Positions 60,588 through 64,000 of a DNA stretch of 64,000 nt are shown piece by piece. Source of the DNA: Mobula birostris (taxonomy: Eukaryota); the NCBI RefSeq assembly GCF_030028105.1, contig NC_092374.1, forward strand, positions 31,195,016-31,259,015. The letters run 5' to 3'. The notes under the pieces are model-generated. The model saw only the letters and a list, made by a program, of their open reading frames with translations. It had not been told where the DNA came from and searched no databases. A program made the translations under genes and the position numbers. The first letter of the stretch is position 1, and every line of letters starts with the position of its first letter.

Positions 60588-61004
60588 TGTTTGATTAAAG
60601 TGAATTATATCTCGATGAATTTTGGTGAAATTCACCATCAACACACGCCCTATTTGCAAGAACAACCTTGGCTGGCAGAAAAAGGGAGCTTGAAGTCCAA
60701 GGTTTGAAAAACAAACTTCTGGCTGACTGAGCAGCCATGAGTCAATTCTGTCCAGGTTCAAAGGCAAGTTCAATGTGCAGTGGCCATCTCAGAGCAAAGC
60801 AGAAATACCATCAATGTTCTGTTGTGGCTGTGCACAACTACATATCAATTAAATAAATCCATGCACATGGGAGATGGCTTTAACTAGGGTTGTCACATGA
60901 GAGGGAAAGGGGTAAACAGTGCATATGCAGACAACAGATCAATATGTAGTGCAAAGGTGGGGGGGGGGGTCATTATTCTAAAAGAAATAGATCCATACGT
61001 TACA
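60588..61004 (-). repeat. Probable 3' LTR of the Gypsy element at 62750-64000
   Basis: Removing the RTE joins minus-strand ...ttaatctaaaggtgaggaag|TGTAACG (polypurine tract then TG). The likely end ...aatcaaaCA abuts the CR1. Confidence 0.55.
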
Positions 61005-61022
61005 CTTCCTCACCTTTAGATT

Positions 61023-62639
61023 CTTCGTCTTCTTCGGTTGTCCATCGAAATCCGATGACAACGTCCATTCCTTTAGCGGTGAGATCTTTGATGACTATAC
61101 AGTCCTATCCTGGACCCACGAGCTCTATTGCAGGTGGGACACATATATGTGGTAGTGATGGCAACCATGGCTGCATTTCTCCTGGATCTCTTCTGCTGCC
61201 TTCTGGTTGTTCTTTCCATCTCCCAAATATGAACCCTGTCCCTACACAGCTGTCGCCAAGTGGTATGGTCAGCAGCAACCTCCTCCAGGTCCTCGGGTCT
61301 GACCTTGCACTTCCTTGAAGCATTCTTCATCTGATCCTTATAGCGCTTCTTCAGCCCTCCAGCTGAGCGTCGACCATGATGTAGCTGGCCGTATAACACT
61401 CTGCGGGGTAGCCGACATGGGGGCATTCTTATCACATGCCCCAGCCACTGCAGCTGACGCTGGGTGATCATGGCCTCAATACTTTGCAGTTGGTCTTTAC
61501 AAGTATTTCAGTGTGAGGCATCCGCTCACGCCAGGTGATTCCCAGGATGTGCTGGAGGCAGCTTATGTGGAAGCGCTCCAAGGACTTGATGTGATGGCTG
61601 TAGGTTACCCAAGCTTCACAGCTATAAAGGAGGATGGTAACACAGACCACTTGGTATACGGCGACCTTTGCGGAGGGACGAAGGCTCCTGTTCTGAAAGA
61701 CTCTACGCCGAAGTCTCCCAAAGGCAGCTGATGCCTGTTTAATGCGGCTCTGGATGTCGTTGTCAATGCCACTATCCACAGAGAGAATGCTCCCCAGATA
61801 TTTGAAAGATGGCACTACTGAACAGCTTTTCATCACCAACAGTGAAGGCAAGTAGAGTGGTACACTGGTACTCCATTGGCAAACCACTATTGTCTTTGTG
61901 TTATTGACAGTCAGCCCCATCCTGCTGTACACTCTCACCACCACAGCAAAGACACTCTGAAGATCCTCCGGAGTGTGGGCCACAAGAGTACAGTTGTCTG
62001 CATACTGCAGCTCCAGGGACCCGCTCTCTACGGAATCTGGTGGTTGTGTGGAGCCTCCTGATGTTAAAGAGGTTGCCATCTAATCTGACGTCCACTGCCA
62101 CACCGCTGCTGTCTTCAATCTCATTGTGAAGAAGCTTGGTAACACACAAGAGTAAGATGTTAAAGAGCACTGGCGCTAGCACACACCCCTGCCTCACCCC
62201 TGTGCGTACAAGGAAGGGTTCAGACTCTTGTCGTCCTCTGGTCACCCGAGCAGTCATCCCATTATGGAACTGGCCGAGGATGTTAACAAATTTATTGGGA
62301 CAGCAAAACCTGAGGAGGATATCCCATAAGAGCTCTCTTTGCACAGTGTTGAATGCTTTGGAGGGGTCGACAAAGGCCATAAACAGGTCCTGATGTTTCT
62401 CCAGGCACTTTTCCTGAAGCTGCCGGGCTGTAAAGATCATGTTGTTCTTAAGGGAATGGACAGCTGATAGAACCTCCTGGAAGGTTGGTGGTAGACTGAG
62501 GTCGTGGATAGGAGGAAGTTCAGGCAGTTGTCCGGGATGGTGGGGTCTGTGTCAGAGTCCTGATTAAGCAGGGTGTTAAAATGCTCAGTCCACCTCAGCG
62601 GAATGGTATTCTGATTCTTCAGAAGTGTTAGACCATCTG
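61023..62639 (-). mobile_element. RTE-clade LINE, 5'-truncated, with 9-bp TSD
   Basis: MIFTARQLQEKC...AFVD.SKAFNTV; GVRQGCVLAPVLFN; LQYAD; FKYLGS; QLQWLGHVIRM; CPTC...IGLYSH. (GAA)n tail. TSD ctttagatt at 61014-61022 and 62640-62648. Confidence 0.93.
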
Positions 62640-62749
62640 CTTTAGATTAACGCAACTTAAATATGTATATGTACAAAACATTCAATTTCCCTTTCATAAA
62701 CCCATATTCCAAATAAGCATGCTTTCACAATAACAGTCCATAACAGTTC

Positions 62750-64000
62750 TAAAGATTCAGTCTTTTGGATGGTGCTCTGTTTTTTTTTTCATGATAGTGC
62801 CTCTGGACCTGTGGAGTGGCATCAGGTTTGGTAAGCGTCTTGTCTAAGACAACATTCGCGGTTTCTGGTGTCAGTGACATCGTCACTGAGAGATAGGTCT
62901 GGTGCCACATGACATCTCCATGTCTGATCTCCAACATCCACTGTGTACATCAGTGGTCCAGTTCCTGTAGCTGTCCTACCGGGTGTCCACTTGTCTTCTC
63001 AGTAATCACGCGTAGGGACTTCCTGTCCAATCTCGGAGCTCCTTGCTGCTTCACTTGGCAACTGGCTGAACTGTTTATTCTGCACTTCCCTTCGTAGATC
63101 TGCTTTCAGGAGGTCTATGCGAGATCTCAGATTCCTGCTCATGAACAGCATTGCAGGAGTTAGATTTGTCATCATATGGACAGAGTTCCGATATACAAAA
63201 AGGAAGTTGTCCACCTTGTGTGTTGTAGAGAAATGTCCTCCTTGTCCATCACTTTGATGGTCTTTGTGAAGGTTTTGTCAGCTAACCAATTCGTTGCTGG
63301 GTGGTGATGAACTGACTTGAAATATCTGATGCCATTTTTTTTTCATGAACAGTTGGAATTCTTCTGATGTGTACTGTGGTCCGTTGTCACTCACAATTTG
63401 TTCTGGTAAGCCATTTCTGACGAAGATAGACCACAGACAGGAGACAGTCTTTGCTGAGGTGGTTGACTTCACTGGTATAACCTCCAGCCACTCCGAATGA
63501 GCATCCACAGCAAACAGAACCATGGAGTCCATGAATGGCCCAGCAAAGTCAATATGTACTCATTGCCATGGTGACAACGGCCACTCCCATGTGTAACAGT
63601 GCCTATGGGGGTCCATTTTGAATGTTTTGGCATCCCGAATAGCTTTTGGCCAAGCCTTCAATCTGTTTATCTATTCCCAGCCACCGCATGTATCTCCGGG
63701 TGAGACTCTTCACCTTGACAGTACCCAGGCGTCCTTCATGCAGATTCCCTAAAATTTGGGTGTGCAGTTTAGAGGGAACCACAACACGAGATCCACACAT
63801 CAGCGTTCTTTGACATACTGGTCCACCAATGCTGTATGGAACACCTCTGCTGGGTCACAGCACGAAGACCTTTCTCCTTCAGTTGCCAATAGTGGAAGAT
63901 ATGACAAGCCATCGGCATTGCTGTGTTGTTTGGTACCCTTGAACACTATGTCATAAAAGTCAGCTCCTAGAAATAGTGCCCAGTGTTGTAACAGGTAGCA
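62750..64000 (-). mobile_element. Gypsy (Mag/K02A2.6-like) pol remnant: integrase zinc finger and core
   Basis: GSRVVVPSKL..QIL..LHEG.LG..K.KSL.R.Y..W.GID; VDAHSEWLEV...GLPEQIVSDNGPQYTSEEF; DNFLFVYRNS.H..TN.TPA.LF. Runs off the window. Confidence 0.88.

Larger units (their letters stand above)
56890..60590 (-). mobile_element. Old CR1 LINE broken by several insertions
   Basis: LVRPLPENY (ORF 56935); LEKLIGLKANRSP (57818); GNIKTDHKSFYRY (59530); GRSDHNLIEF (59923); YDISGIIGTWL (60354). Confidence 0.75.

Overview
Repeat-dense eukaryotic DNA that looks intergenic or intronic. The repeat spectrum (HE1/V-SINE-like tRNA SINEs, CR1/HER1-like LINEs, abundant Penelope pLTRs) suggests a cartilaginous fish, probably a batoid ray; this is inference from repeat families only. 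I recognise no host protein-coding gene: every interpretable ORF is a decayed transposon fragment. Families present: CR1, Rex1/Babar, RTE, a HERO-type RLE non-LTR element, Penelope-like elements (PLE), two Gypsy LTR elements, Passport-like Tc1, other Tc1/Tigger derivatives and SINEs. Most notable: (1) a PLE system whose pLTRs carry a minimal hammerhead ribozyme and which has left many short fold-back insertions, some with 10-19 bp target-site duplications (TSDs); (2) a U2 snRNA 5' fragment joined directly to a tRNA-derived SINE; (3) a ~0.65 kb non-coding, non-tRNA retroposon in three full-length copies with a YY1-like head and a 3' stem-loop; (4) two four-level nested insertions with readable junctions; (5) a HERO element that lost its RT by in-frame deletion. 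Boundaries of old, decayed repeats are approximate (tens of bp). Family names come from motif recognition, not database searches.
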